Part shown: piece by piece, positions 47,281-57,128 of the stretch
Layout of the letters: each line of letters begins with the position of its first letter
Position numbering within the stretch: the first letter of the stretch is position 1
Assembly: GCF_902713615.1 (NCBI RefSeq)
Contig: NC_052166.1
Location: 2,094,961 to 2,158,960, forward strand
Length of the DNA: 64,000 nucleotides
Source: Scyliorhinus canicula
Taxonomy: Eukaryota
Direction of reading: 5' to 3'
The notes under the pieces: model-generated
The model's database searches: none
The model's input: the letters and a program-made list of their open reading frames with translations, nothing else
What the model was told of the DNA's origin: nothing
Made by a program: the position numbers and the translations under genes

Positions 47281-50200
47281 ATGGCATGGAAATCTCAACC
47301 AAGAATGGCATGGAGATCTCCTGCTGGACATTCGACTTGGGAAGACATTGCTGATGAGAGGATGTGCCTTGGATACCCACTTCACCTGGACACGACTGGA
47401 AAAGTAAGAAGTGTCTGGGAAAGGTTTAAACAAATGTTCGATTTCGGTATCATAGCATATGATGCAGCAGCCGCCTCAGACGAAATTAAAATAGCAATCC
47501 TCATCGAAGGACATGAAGCTAGGAAAGTTTATAATGGATTTAAATACTCAAAAGGTGAAGACAAAAACAGCTTACAAACGTTACTAAACAAATTTAAAGA
47601 GTACTGTGAGAAATTTGAACAGCAAGACATACTCAGAGTCCAAACTGCACAGAGACTGAGTGATGCAAAACTTAGAAAATCACGAAAAGAGCAAGAAATC
47701 GCGAATGAAAAGTACAGATCAAAAAGAAGAAATAAAAAGAATTTCTCACAAAGCCAAAACGCTGAAATCCAGTCCAGATCGGAAAGAAAAGGTAACTTAC
47801 AACTTTTAGAAAGAAAAAACGCTGAAATCCGCGATAAAATGGCGTCGGAGCACATTTTGCAGTCTCTGGTAAGCAAAGAACTACAAATCGCGTCTGCGCA
47901 TGCGCCGGAACCGGAAGTCGCGCATGCGCCGGAACCGGAAGTCGCGCATGCGCAGTTTACAAAAGATCGCGGCGCCGATCGTTATGCGCATGCGCAAGCC
48001 GCGCATGCACAGTCAAAAAAAGTCTTCGTCGCGGACCGTCATGCGCATGCGCAAGCCGCGCATGCGCAATGGACACCGAACCGCACAAGGAAAGAAAGCC
48101 GATTTGCGCATGTGCAAGTCGTTCCTACGCGTGACGTCATGACGTCTGAGAATCCTGACCACGCCCACTTAAAAGGGAAATGCCCGAAAATTGAAACCAA
48201 GACACTTAAAGTGGTAAAACCAAATTTTCTTGCCTCAGAACACAGAAAAACGCCTGAACTTAAACCAACAGTGAAAAACAACTTGCACAAAACCTTGGAA
48301 AAAGCTGCCTTCACCACACACAGTGAAGCGAACAAAAAGAATTCCGAAACAACAAAAGATGATTTGTTTTTCGACGATTACCTCTCAGACCTGACTGGGT
48401 CAGTCGGATATGCTTATCACAGCATCAGCGACACGGTTGCAAAGTACAACACGAACCAACTCGTGGTAGATGAATCCAACCAAAATGCTTTGGTTTTCGG
48501 AGAATACTACTCAGACACAGCTGAGTCTGTCGGATATGCTTATCACAGCATCAGCGACACGGTCGCAAAGTTCAACACGAATCAACTCGTGGTAGAAGAA
48601 GCCAACCAAGATGAAATGACTTTCAAAGAATACTACTCAGACATGGAGGAGTTATTTGGACATGCTGATCACAGCATCAGCGACACCGTTGCAAAGCTCA
48701 ACACGAATCTACTCATGGTAGATGAATCCAACACCATGATGCCATGGCAGCTCGTCGATACATTGGATGACAGCAATACCCTAGACGAAGACGACGCCAC
48801 ACAGAGAGCACAGGAAGACTCCACAGAGCGAGCGATGACAGGCTCCATAGTGCGAGTGATGAAAGACTCCAACAGGGATGCAAGCAAACACTCCCGGGCG
48901 GACACCAAGCATGAACAAGACCATGAAGGTAAACCCGCTGTACCTGAGCAACCGCAAGCAGACTATGAAAGTCTACCAAGCTCACAGGAACAAGAAGAAA
49001 AAGCAGACTATGAAAGTCCAACACGCTCACAGGAACAAGAAGAAAGAGCAGACTATGAAAGTCCAACACGCTCACAGGAACAAGAAGAAAGAGCGGACTA
49101 TGAAAGTCCAACACGCTCACAGGAACAAGAAGAAGACAATGCACCTCTGCCCACTGCATGCGAAAACAGTGACAAGGTGCTCGCACTCGACGTACGGGAT
49201 CACAGTGAGACTGACAGTTCTCAGCTTGTCTGTACAGAAGCACAGAGTCGGGCCACCCAACAGTCCAGAGAGACGATGCCGAAAGAAAACATGCAGATTT
49301 TGACTCCAGAAGAGGAGCACCTGGAGCCCAGAGAGACAACGCCAAAAGAAAACATGCTGATTTTGACTCCAGAAGAGGAGCACCTGGAGTCCACAGAGAC
49401 AATGCCGAAAGAAACCATGCAGATTCTGACTCCAGAAGAGGAGCACCTGGAGTCCAGAGACATCAAACAAAAAGAAACCATGCAAATTTTGACTCCAGAA
49501 GAGGAGCACCTGGAGTCCAGTGAGACAACATCAACAGAAATCATGAAGATTTTAACTCCAGAAGCGGAGCACCAAGAGTCTAGAGAAACCACCTCAACTG
49601 AAATCATGCAGATTTGGACTCCAGAAGAGGAGCGCCGAGAGTCCACAGACACCGCGTCAAATGTAATCAAGAAGACTTTGACTCCGGAAGACGAGCACCA
49701 AGAAAGCAAAGATGCGGAATCCAATTCTCCACAACTGATTGATGTCACCTGCACCGATGCAACATCAGATCATTCGCACCACTCGCAAGACGGAATGCTC
49801 AATGACTCAAATTATCCACTCGGGACACTCACAGAGTATAACAAGAAAAACAAAAGTCAAAAGAAACACAGCAAGAACAAAAACAACAGGAAGCGCGACA
49901 AGACCAACAACAATAGCAAGAAGCACAGCAGAAACGAGAACGACAACAGCAAGAAGAAAAGCAACATGAAGCGCGACAAGACAAACAACAATAGCAAGAA
50001 GCACAGCAGAAACGAGAACGACAACAGCAAGAAGAAAAGCAACATGAAGCGCGACAAGACAAACAACGATAGCAAGAAGCACAGCAGAAACGAGAACGAC
50101 AACAGCAAGAATAAAAGCAACATGAAGCGCAACAAGACAAACAACAACGTCAGGCACAAAGATAGCGACAACGACAGGGACAGAAACAACAAGAATGGCA

Positions 50201-50631
50201 ACAAACACAACAAAGTCAGGAACAAAGATAGCGACAACACCAAAGACAGAAACGACAAAAACAGCACCAAGACCGGCAACGAGAACAACAAAGTCAGGAA
50301 CAACGACAGTGCCAACACCAAAGACGGAAACGACAAAAACAGCGACAAGTACGGCAACGAAAACAACAAAAACAAGAACGACAGAAACAACAGCAATGAA
50401 ACAACGACTTGTACACAATGGAACTACTTGGCACATGACGGACAATGCCACAGCGCATGGCAAAACGATGACAAGACTACAAACATGTCATGGGATGACG
50501 ACGAATCGCATAAACACACGTCTGCTCCAGAACGAGCAAGCACACCAGCATCCAAGGCGGATGAGACAATAAATCAACACCACAAGCACAGAAAAAAAAA
50601 AAGTCCATGCCAGTCAACATCAGTGATGTGA
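47281..50631 (+). CDS. 1116-aa ORF: gypsy Gag-like N-terminal domain followed by five kinds of tandem peptide repeats
   Basis: VWERFKQMFDF...SDEIKIAILIEGHEARKVYNGF...LLNKFKEYCE resembles a gypsy capsid N-terminus; no PR/RT/IN motifs; uninterrupted frame to TGA (ORF track starts 15 codons earlier at 47236). Confidence 0.8.
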   Translation: MAWKSQPRMAWRSPAGHSTWEDIADERMCLGYPLHLDTTGKVRSVWERFKQMFDFGIIAYDAAAASDEIKIAILIEGHEARKVYNGFKYSKGEDKNSLQTLLNKFKEYCEKFEQQDILRVQTAQRLSDAKLRKSRKEQEIANEKYRSKRRNKKNFSQSQNAEIQSRSERKGNLQLLERKNAEIRDKMASEHILQSLVSKELQIASAHAPEPEVAHAPEPEVAHAQFTKDRGADRYAHAQAAHAQSKKVFVADRHAHAQAAHAQWTPNRTRKESRFAHVQVVPTRDVMTSENPDHAHLKGKCPKIETKTLKVVKPNFLASEHRKTPELKPTVKNNLHKTLEKAAFTTHSEANKKNSETTKDDLFFDDYLSDLTGSVGYAYHSISDTVAKYNTNQLVVDESNQNALVFGEYYSDTAESVGYAYHSISDTVAKFNTNQLVVEEANQDEMTFKEYYSDMEELFGHADHSISDTVAKLNTNLLMVDESNTMMPWQLVDTLDDSNTLDEDDATQRAQEDSTERAMTGSIVRVMKDSNRDASKHSRADTKHEQDHEGKPAVPEQPQADYESLPSSQEQEEKADYESPTRSQEQEERADYESPTRSQEQEERADYESPTRSQEQEEDNAPLPTACENSDKVLALDVRDHSETDSSQLVCTEAQSRATQQSRETMPKENMQILTPEEEHLEPRETTPKENMLILTPEEEHLESTETMPKETMQILTPEEEHLESRDIKQKETMQILTPEEEHLESSETTSTEIMKILTPEAEHQESRETTSTEIMQIWTPEEERRESTDTASNVIKKTLTPEDEHQESKDAESNSPQLIDVTCTDATSDHSHHSQDGMLNDSNYPLGTLTEYNKKNKSQKKHSKNKNNRKRDKTNNNSKKHSRNENDNSKKKSNMKRDKTNNNSKKHSRNENDNSKKKSNMKRDKTNNDSKKHSRNENDNSKNKSNMKRNKTNNNVRHKDSDNDRDRNNKNGNKHNKVRNKDSDNTKDRNDKNSTKTGNENNKVRNNDSANTKDGNDKNSDKYGNENNKNKNDRNNSNETTTCTQWNYLAHDGQCHSAWQNDDKTTNMSWDDDESHKHTSAPERASTPASKADETINQHHKHRKKKSPCQSTSVM

Positions 50632-53295
50632 CCATGCAGACACCTCGGGATGACGCATTGGGTACTTAAGATAACAAGGAACACCAACAACATTCACAGC
50701 GGACTTGCAATATCAATATCACCACGTCATCAACAACAAAAAGAAAAAAAAAGCTCTGAACAAATTCATCAAGTTTGGACTCATAAATGTTTTTATTAAG
50801 ATTGGACATATAAATACATTGGCTTTGTTAACTAAGGCAATAGCATCATCACTTGTATAGATACGCATATCATAAGTTACTGTTTTGTATAAAATTTCTT
50901 TAATGATGTACAGAAACTATGTAATGAGAAAAAGGGGGATGTGGTGATCGTAGATTGACCAGATACAAACAACAGAGCAAACATGAGCGGGAGAGCTATA
51001 AATACACTGGGACAGGATGTACAATTTTCTTTAACGATGTTCAGAAAATATGTTAAGAGAAAAAGGGGGATGTGGTGATCACAAGTTAACCAGATGCAAC
51101 ACAACTGAGCGACCACTAGAGGGAGCACGGGAGAGCCATATAAATAGAACAGGACAGGAAGTGGAAAACACTCTTCACAGCAGGGGGGCTGGTAAGCAGG
51201 ACACACAGCAAGCAAAGCTGGTAGTTAGCACTGGAAGGTAGTTCTAGGTCGAGCTCTGGAAACTGAACGAACCCACAATAAAGCATCTTCTCCACACTTG
51301 AGACTGCGAGCTTTATTAAGACACGAGGAACAACACAGTGGACAGTCAGGAGCCTGTGTCACTCTTTGTAGAAGAGCTTTGGGAAGGGGAACTCTCCGAC
51401 TATCCCGGACAACATTCCTGACTGAAACACCACCCCTGAAAAGAGAGTTGTTGAAGCTTTTCATCTATCACTCATCAGGCCAAAAACAAGAATGCTAAAT
51501 TTCAAACCATCAGGTGCTGATTGGTTGCCCTATTGATTCTGGTTACCATGGTGAAAACAACAGAGATCATTGGCTCTTTGAGCTCCCAGATAATTCAAAA
51601 AGTTGCAATGCTTGACATATTCTTTTTGTTTGTGGAGAACAGGTCCCTGTGTATGAATGTAAGTCGTTTCTAACAAGTATAAATGAACCATATTACAAGC
51701 CCAACTGAAGATCTTATTAGTGTTGTTAGTGTAACTATTAGCGCACACATTGCATTACTGTTTATGGAATCTTGATGTGTAGAATTAGTTACATTTACCC
51801 GGTCAAGAACAGTGAATGTATTACAAATTTGGTTAAGCATTTTGAGATCCTCAAAGTCACACTTGAAGTGCCAATATCTGATTTATCATACGTAGATACA
51901 TACATAGAAAATATAAGCAGGAGAGGCCTTTTGGACCTTCGAGCCTGCTCTGCCATTCATTATGATCATGGCTGATCATCAAGTTCAATGCTCTTATCCC
52001 GCCTTCGCGTCATATTCCTTGATCCTTTTAGCCCCAAGAGCTATAATCTAATTCCTCCTTGAAATTGCACAACGTTTCCGCCACAGCCACTTTTTGTGGC
52101 AGTGAATTCCACAGATTCACCACTCTCTGGGTGAAGAAATTTCTCCTCACCTCAGTCCTAATAAATCATAAATGTGGCTTAAATGTTCACAATGCATCTT
52201 TCCATGAATCCAGACCAGAGAATCAAAGAATGGTTCCAGTGCTGAAGGAGACTTTTCGGCCTTTCTTGTCCATGCTAGCTCTCTGCAAGTGTAACTCTTC
52301 TAGTATGACAACCAACCTTTTCCCTGCAATAAATAGTTTCTCTTCAGGTATTATTTGAAATTCCTTCCTAAAAATTCCAATGGAACTTGCCTCCATCACA
52401 CACATGAAATTAGTTCCAGATCCTAACCACTCACTGTGTGATAAATGTTGCTCCTTGTGTCACTATTGGGCATTTTGCCAATCATCCGTGATGTTTGGTT
52501 CTTGATCATCTGCCAATGGGAAGTTTTTCTCTCTCTGTCCAGGTCCCTCCTGTGTTTTATCTAGTCTCCAGATTATTCCGTGTTAGGTTTTCCGTAGAAT
52601 CACAGTATAGCAGAATGCTGAAGGAGTCCATTCAGCCCTTTCAATCTGCAAGAGCTCTTTCAAAGATAAATACAGGGGATAATGTGATACAGGCATGGGA
52701 ATAGCGGTGTTTCCGTTACTCTGACGCTATTCATCCTTTAATCCTCTCCTTTAACCTGTTTATGCAGCCGACACTACCTAATCCAGGAGTGAACACTCCA
52801 TAGTATGCCCCTGGAAGATTTCTTTTTTTAAATTACTTTATCAGAGTTACAAAGCCAGAGCTCAGAGTGTGGGCAGGGGCAAACCCCTAATCCAGCTCCT
52901 TGCCTGCTCCAAAAACTAATTCAACTTGAATCCAATTCATGTCCCCACAAGAGAGACATACCGGATCCAGACATTACACCTCACGCTCATCTTAGCCAAA
53001 AGGCCAAGAGGCGATGTCCCTAGAAGGTTTCTGGCCAATTGTTGTCGAAGAAATGCTGAGGAATCCTGAAAAAAATTATAAAGAAAAGGAAGCAGTCGGA
53101 TAAAACTGGGATATAACTGATTCCTCAATACTCAATATGGTGACCAGATCCTCACTTGATACCCTACTTTTGAAAGTTTTGCAGATGATGACTGCTGACA
53201 TCATTAAAGTCACCCGGCTTGTTGACACAGAATATTAGCACTCACTCTTCCAGAGGACCCTAGCATCACAGATGTTCAGTAAATTCAATTCACCC

Positions 53296-54073
53296 TGTCA
53301 TAATATACATCACACTCATTAATATTTATTATCTAAAAAAAAGGGGAGAGAGATGTCATAATATACATCTGTGTATATAATGGAGTGCAGACAGGCAGTG
53401 ATTGACACACAGGATGGCCAGTAAGCACACAGAACAGTGCAGCCAATCACCAGACAGGACACAACCACTATAAAGCCTGAGGGCACTAGTTTTCCAGCTC
53501 TCTCGGGACCCAGCCACTGAGACAGAGTTCATGAGCTAGCCCGTGCAAACAGCATGCGGTAGCTAGTATGTCTGGTTAGGCTACTACTAGGTCTCCAGTC
53601 AAGTCAGTGATGAGACCATCAATTCACGCGACACGTGGTTAGAAGTGAACAGTGTTTTTAATCGTCTTACAACAGAGCCTGCCTGTGATGAAATGAACTC
53701 TAGATGAACTGGCAGGCAGGCTCCGACTGCCAAGCTTTATACAGCCAGTGGTGGGGAGGAGTCATGGGCAGAGCCAAGGGTGGAGCCCAGTACAAACTTC
53801 CGTACATTCCCAGTACACCTCCCCCTAGGGGCAGAGCCACGCAACTGCTCGTGTGCCAAGCTTACAGAGGCATGGTACAACATGTGTGATAACAGTGTGA
53901 ATTATGCTATTATGATTCACCACAGTCAGTATAGTGCCAACTCACAGTTGAACATGTATAGTAGTTCAGACATTAAATAAAAGAGTATTGCATCTTATCA
54001 CGTGTTGGAGGTCTGTCTCTCGCTACACTGCATCAAGTGCAGTCCACATCGACCCAGCCTGCCTAATACATCA
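53296..54073 (+). mobile_element. Minimal LTR element: 17-bp collapsed 5' LTR + PPT remnant + full 3' LTR
   Basis: TSD CACCC at 53291-95 and 54074-78; TGTCATAATATACATC at both 53296 and 53354; PPT aaaaggggagagaga before 53354. Confidence 0.8.
53608..53924 (-). mobile_element. Solo LTR nested in the previous LTR
   Basis: Perfect TSD GTCAG at 53603-07 and 53925-29; ends like the LTRs of the 12375-17283 element. Confidence 0.9.
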
Positions 54074-54414
54074 CACCCCACTTGATATCAAGAAATGGCT
54101 GGAGGCGTTGGACACTGCAAGGGCTATGGGACCCTGACAATATTTCGGCAGTAGACCTGAAGACTTGTGCTCCAGAACTTGCCGCACCCCTGGCCAAGCT
54201 TTTCCAGTACAGCTACAACACTGACACCTACCCGGCAATGTGGAAAATTGCCCAGGTGTCCTGTACACAAAAAGCAAGCAAATCCAACCTGGCCAATTAA
54301 TACCTCCTCAGTCAACTCTCCATCATCAGTAAAGTGATGGAAGGGGTCATCAACAGTGCTGTCAAGCAGCACTTACTCAGCAATAACCTGCTCACTGACG
54401 CTCAGTTAGGGTTC

Positions 54415-55316
54415 TGTAGCCACCTGGGGTGGCCACTTCCCTATTCCAAAATGGAGGCCCGCAAAGAATGCAGGGAAAATCGGCCAGCCACAGGACAAAC
54501 AAGCAGGTGCAAGGTTTCCTGTGTATTAAGATTTGCAGAACCCAGACAGAACCGAAACCAATAGCCATCTACATACTAATGAGCAATCCCCAGAAACAAT
54601 CAGAAACACTGAAGCAATTGGGACCAAACCAGACTCCCCGGCGCCAGCGGGAGCCAGGACAAAGGCAGGCCAACGGATAGGGCCCGTCCAACGATCAGGG
54701 AACAGCTCCAGTATTGGAGAAATCGATAAAAACGATTGGGACATGGTCCAATTAATTGGGACCAAGTCCGGGGCCCGCCCAAAAGGGCGCGAAACCCCTG
54801 CGGACTATAAAGTAGAGTCCCCAAGTTCAGTTCGCTCTCTTGGCCTTGGCTCTCAGTGAGGAGAAACCTGCCTAACAGCTCTTGGCAGCTCTCAAAGAAC
54901 TCTTGACCATGACTCTCATCAAGGAGAGACCTGCCTAGTAGTTGCACCAACCAAGTAAGTCTCCAGTCAATGCATGCTACGAGATAGGCACTCCTAGCTA
55001 CTTGTCCATACCAGCTTGAAGCCTGCAGACTCAGAACTGGACAAAGGCCATTGTTCCTCTGACCTGGTGGGCCATTTGAAAGCTAAGTATAGGCCTTTAG
55101 TTGTAGTGATAGTCTAGTAAGTAGAGTTTTATGCATGAATAGTGATTGACTGTGTGTATAATAAATGTGTTTTGATTTGAAACTTACTAACTGGTGCATT
55201 GAGTTATTGATCAGCACTTGGCTTTGAACCTCATGGTGGTATCAGAAAGATACCTGGCGACTCTAGAACAAAGGTTATTAAAACAGAGCAATTAAGTAAA
55301 AGCATAACGAGCAACA
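54415..55316 (+). mobile_element. 902-bp solo LTR
   Basis: TGTAG...CAACA ends, 4-bp TSD GTTC at 54411-14 and 55317-20, splits the LINE RT codons. Confidence 0.85.
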
Positions 55317-57128
55317 GTTCTGCCAGGGTCACTCAGCTCCTGACCTTATTACAGCCTTGGTTCAAACATGGACAAAAGAGCTGAATACCAGAGATAAGAG
55401 TGACCCTCTGACAATGCGATGTAGAGGCAGCATTTGAACGAGTATGGCAACAAGGGCCCTGAACAAAACTGGAGTCAATGGTAATCAGGGGAGAAACTCC
55501 GCTGGCTGGAGAAATACCTAGCACAAATGAAGATGGATGTGATTGTTGAAGGTCAGTCATCTCAGCCCCGGGACATTACTGCAGGAGTTCCTCAGGGTAC
55601 TGTCCAAGGTCCAACCATCTTCAGCTGCTTCATCAGTGATCCTCCTTCCATCATAAGGTCAGAAGTGGGGATGTTTGCAGATGACTGCCAATTTTCAGCA
55701 CCATTCATGACTCCTCAGATACTGAAGGAATCCATGAGCAAATGCATCTAGACCTGAACAATATCCAGCCTTGGGCTGTCAAGTGGTAAGTTACATTCGC
55801 TCCACACAAGAGCCAGGCAATGACCATATCCAATAAGAGACAATCAAATCATTGCCCCATGGCATTCAATGGTATTACCATCACTGAACGTTCACTCCCT
55901 TCACCACTAACTCACATTTGCAGCCTTGTGTACTATCTACTGTAGTAACTCACCAAGGTTTCTTAGGTAGCATCTTCCAAACGCATGATAGCTACCAACT
56001 AGAAGGACAGAAGCAGCAGGTACATGGGAACATAATGAGCTGGAAGTTTCTCATTGAGCCACACATCATCCTGACTTGGAAGTATACCGGTCATTCCTTT
56101 ACTGTCACTAGGTCAAAATCCTGGAACTCTCTTCCCAAAGCACAGTGGGCGTACCTACACCATATGGAATGCAGTGGTTCGAAAGTGAAGCTCACCACCA
56201 TTTCTCAAGAGCATTAGAGATTGGCAACAAATGCTGGCCTAGTAGCGAAGCCCACAACCTGTAAAAATGAAATTTTAAAAAGTAATGTTCTCAAGCTGGG
56301 GGGTGGGCCGTCACACAGAGAAGCCGACATTTATACCGATGGCGCCCACATGTCTCGCCCACCATCAATTCAAGATTCCGTAAAGGCACCCTGTCATTTA
56401 AAAGATGGCAGATAACCCCAGAAGTACCAGGGAAACCTGATTGGAGGACTACAAGTGTCAGCCGCACTGCTGCTGTAGGTGCGCCGCAGAGCACGACCAG
56501 GCAAGGCTGCCAGAATCAGCAGTACCCGTGAAGTCCAGGTCGGAAGCCAAAACCTGAGGAATGTAGGAATTGCAGATATATTGTATCCTATGTAGATATT
56601 TCGGTAAACCTGGGTTAGTGTGTGATTGCTGTAGTCATGAGTTTAAAAATGCTAATTTGAAAGACAGCTCGGCTTCTTGGAGACAGAGGTGCAATTAAAG
56701 CAATGTAAAAGTTGGGCTAATTAAATTTTGTTTATATAAATGAGGTTCCCTGGGGGGTAGATAATTAGAGACATTGTGTTTAGCTTAGTAGGATGATGTA
56801 GTTAATGGGAGGAGCCAGGAAGCTCAAGCAGTAAGGTGTTGAGTTTTCAAATGAGCATTTTGATGACTCCTTCCATCAGTTTTAGATTGGGATGTGGACA
56901 GACAAGCAGCTTCTCTACAATAAGTGAGTTAAAGATTTGCCTGTGAACAGGGCAGGAGCAGTTCCTCAAATGCTGGCAGGTTAAACAGCAGTTTGAGACA
57001 GCCAAGAATCTGCAAGATATTTTCTAAAGGGTTTCTGTTTCTCCAAGTAGGGTAACTAAGACCCAAAGCAAGCATATCTGTTTGAAAACGGATTTTGACC
57101 CGAGATGGTGTTGTTTGAGTGGAGATAA

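Larger units (their letters stand above)
46941..51339 (+). mobile_element. Young non-autonomous (pol-less) Ty3/gypsy-type LTR element
   Basis: LTRs at 46941-47207 and 51071-51337 differ by one substitution (3' copy has an extra CA); TSD GTGGA at 46936-40 and 51340-44; PBS TGGTACCCAGGAGTG; PPT gagaaaaaggggga. Confidence 0.95.
53100..55900 (+). mobile_element. Old CR1/L2-like RT fragment broken by nested LTRs
   Basis: KAMGPDNISAVDLKTCAPELAAPLAKLFQYS, DAQLGF|CQGHSAPD across the insertion, GVPQGTVQGPTIFSCFI, FADD. Confidence 0.85.

Noticed and set aside
48669-50572. Antisense and alternate-frame ORFs over the Gag-repeat ORF (e.g. 49807-50463 hydrophobic, 49829-50140 Cys-rich)
   Set aside because: Mirror translations of A-rich tandem repeats.
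51517-51558. MHC class II Y-box (CTGATTGG) plus RFX X-box-like GTTACCATGG
   Set aside because: Order and orientation are opposite to a canonical X-Y module, and it lies ~12 kb from the WA start in repeat-like sequence.
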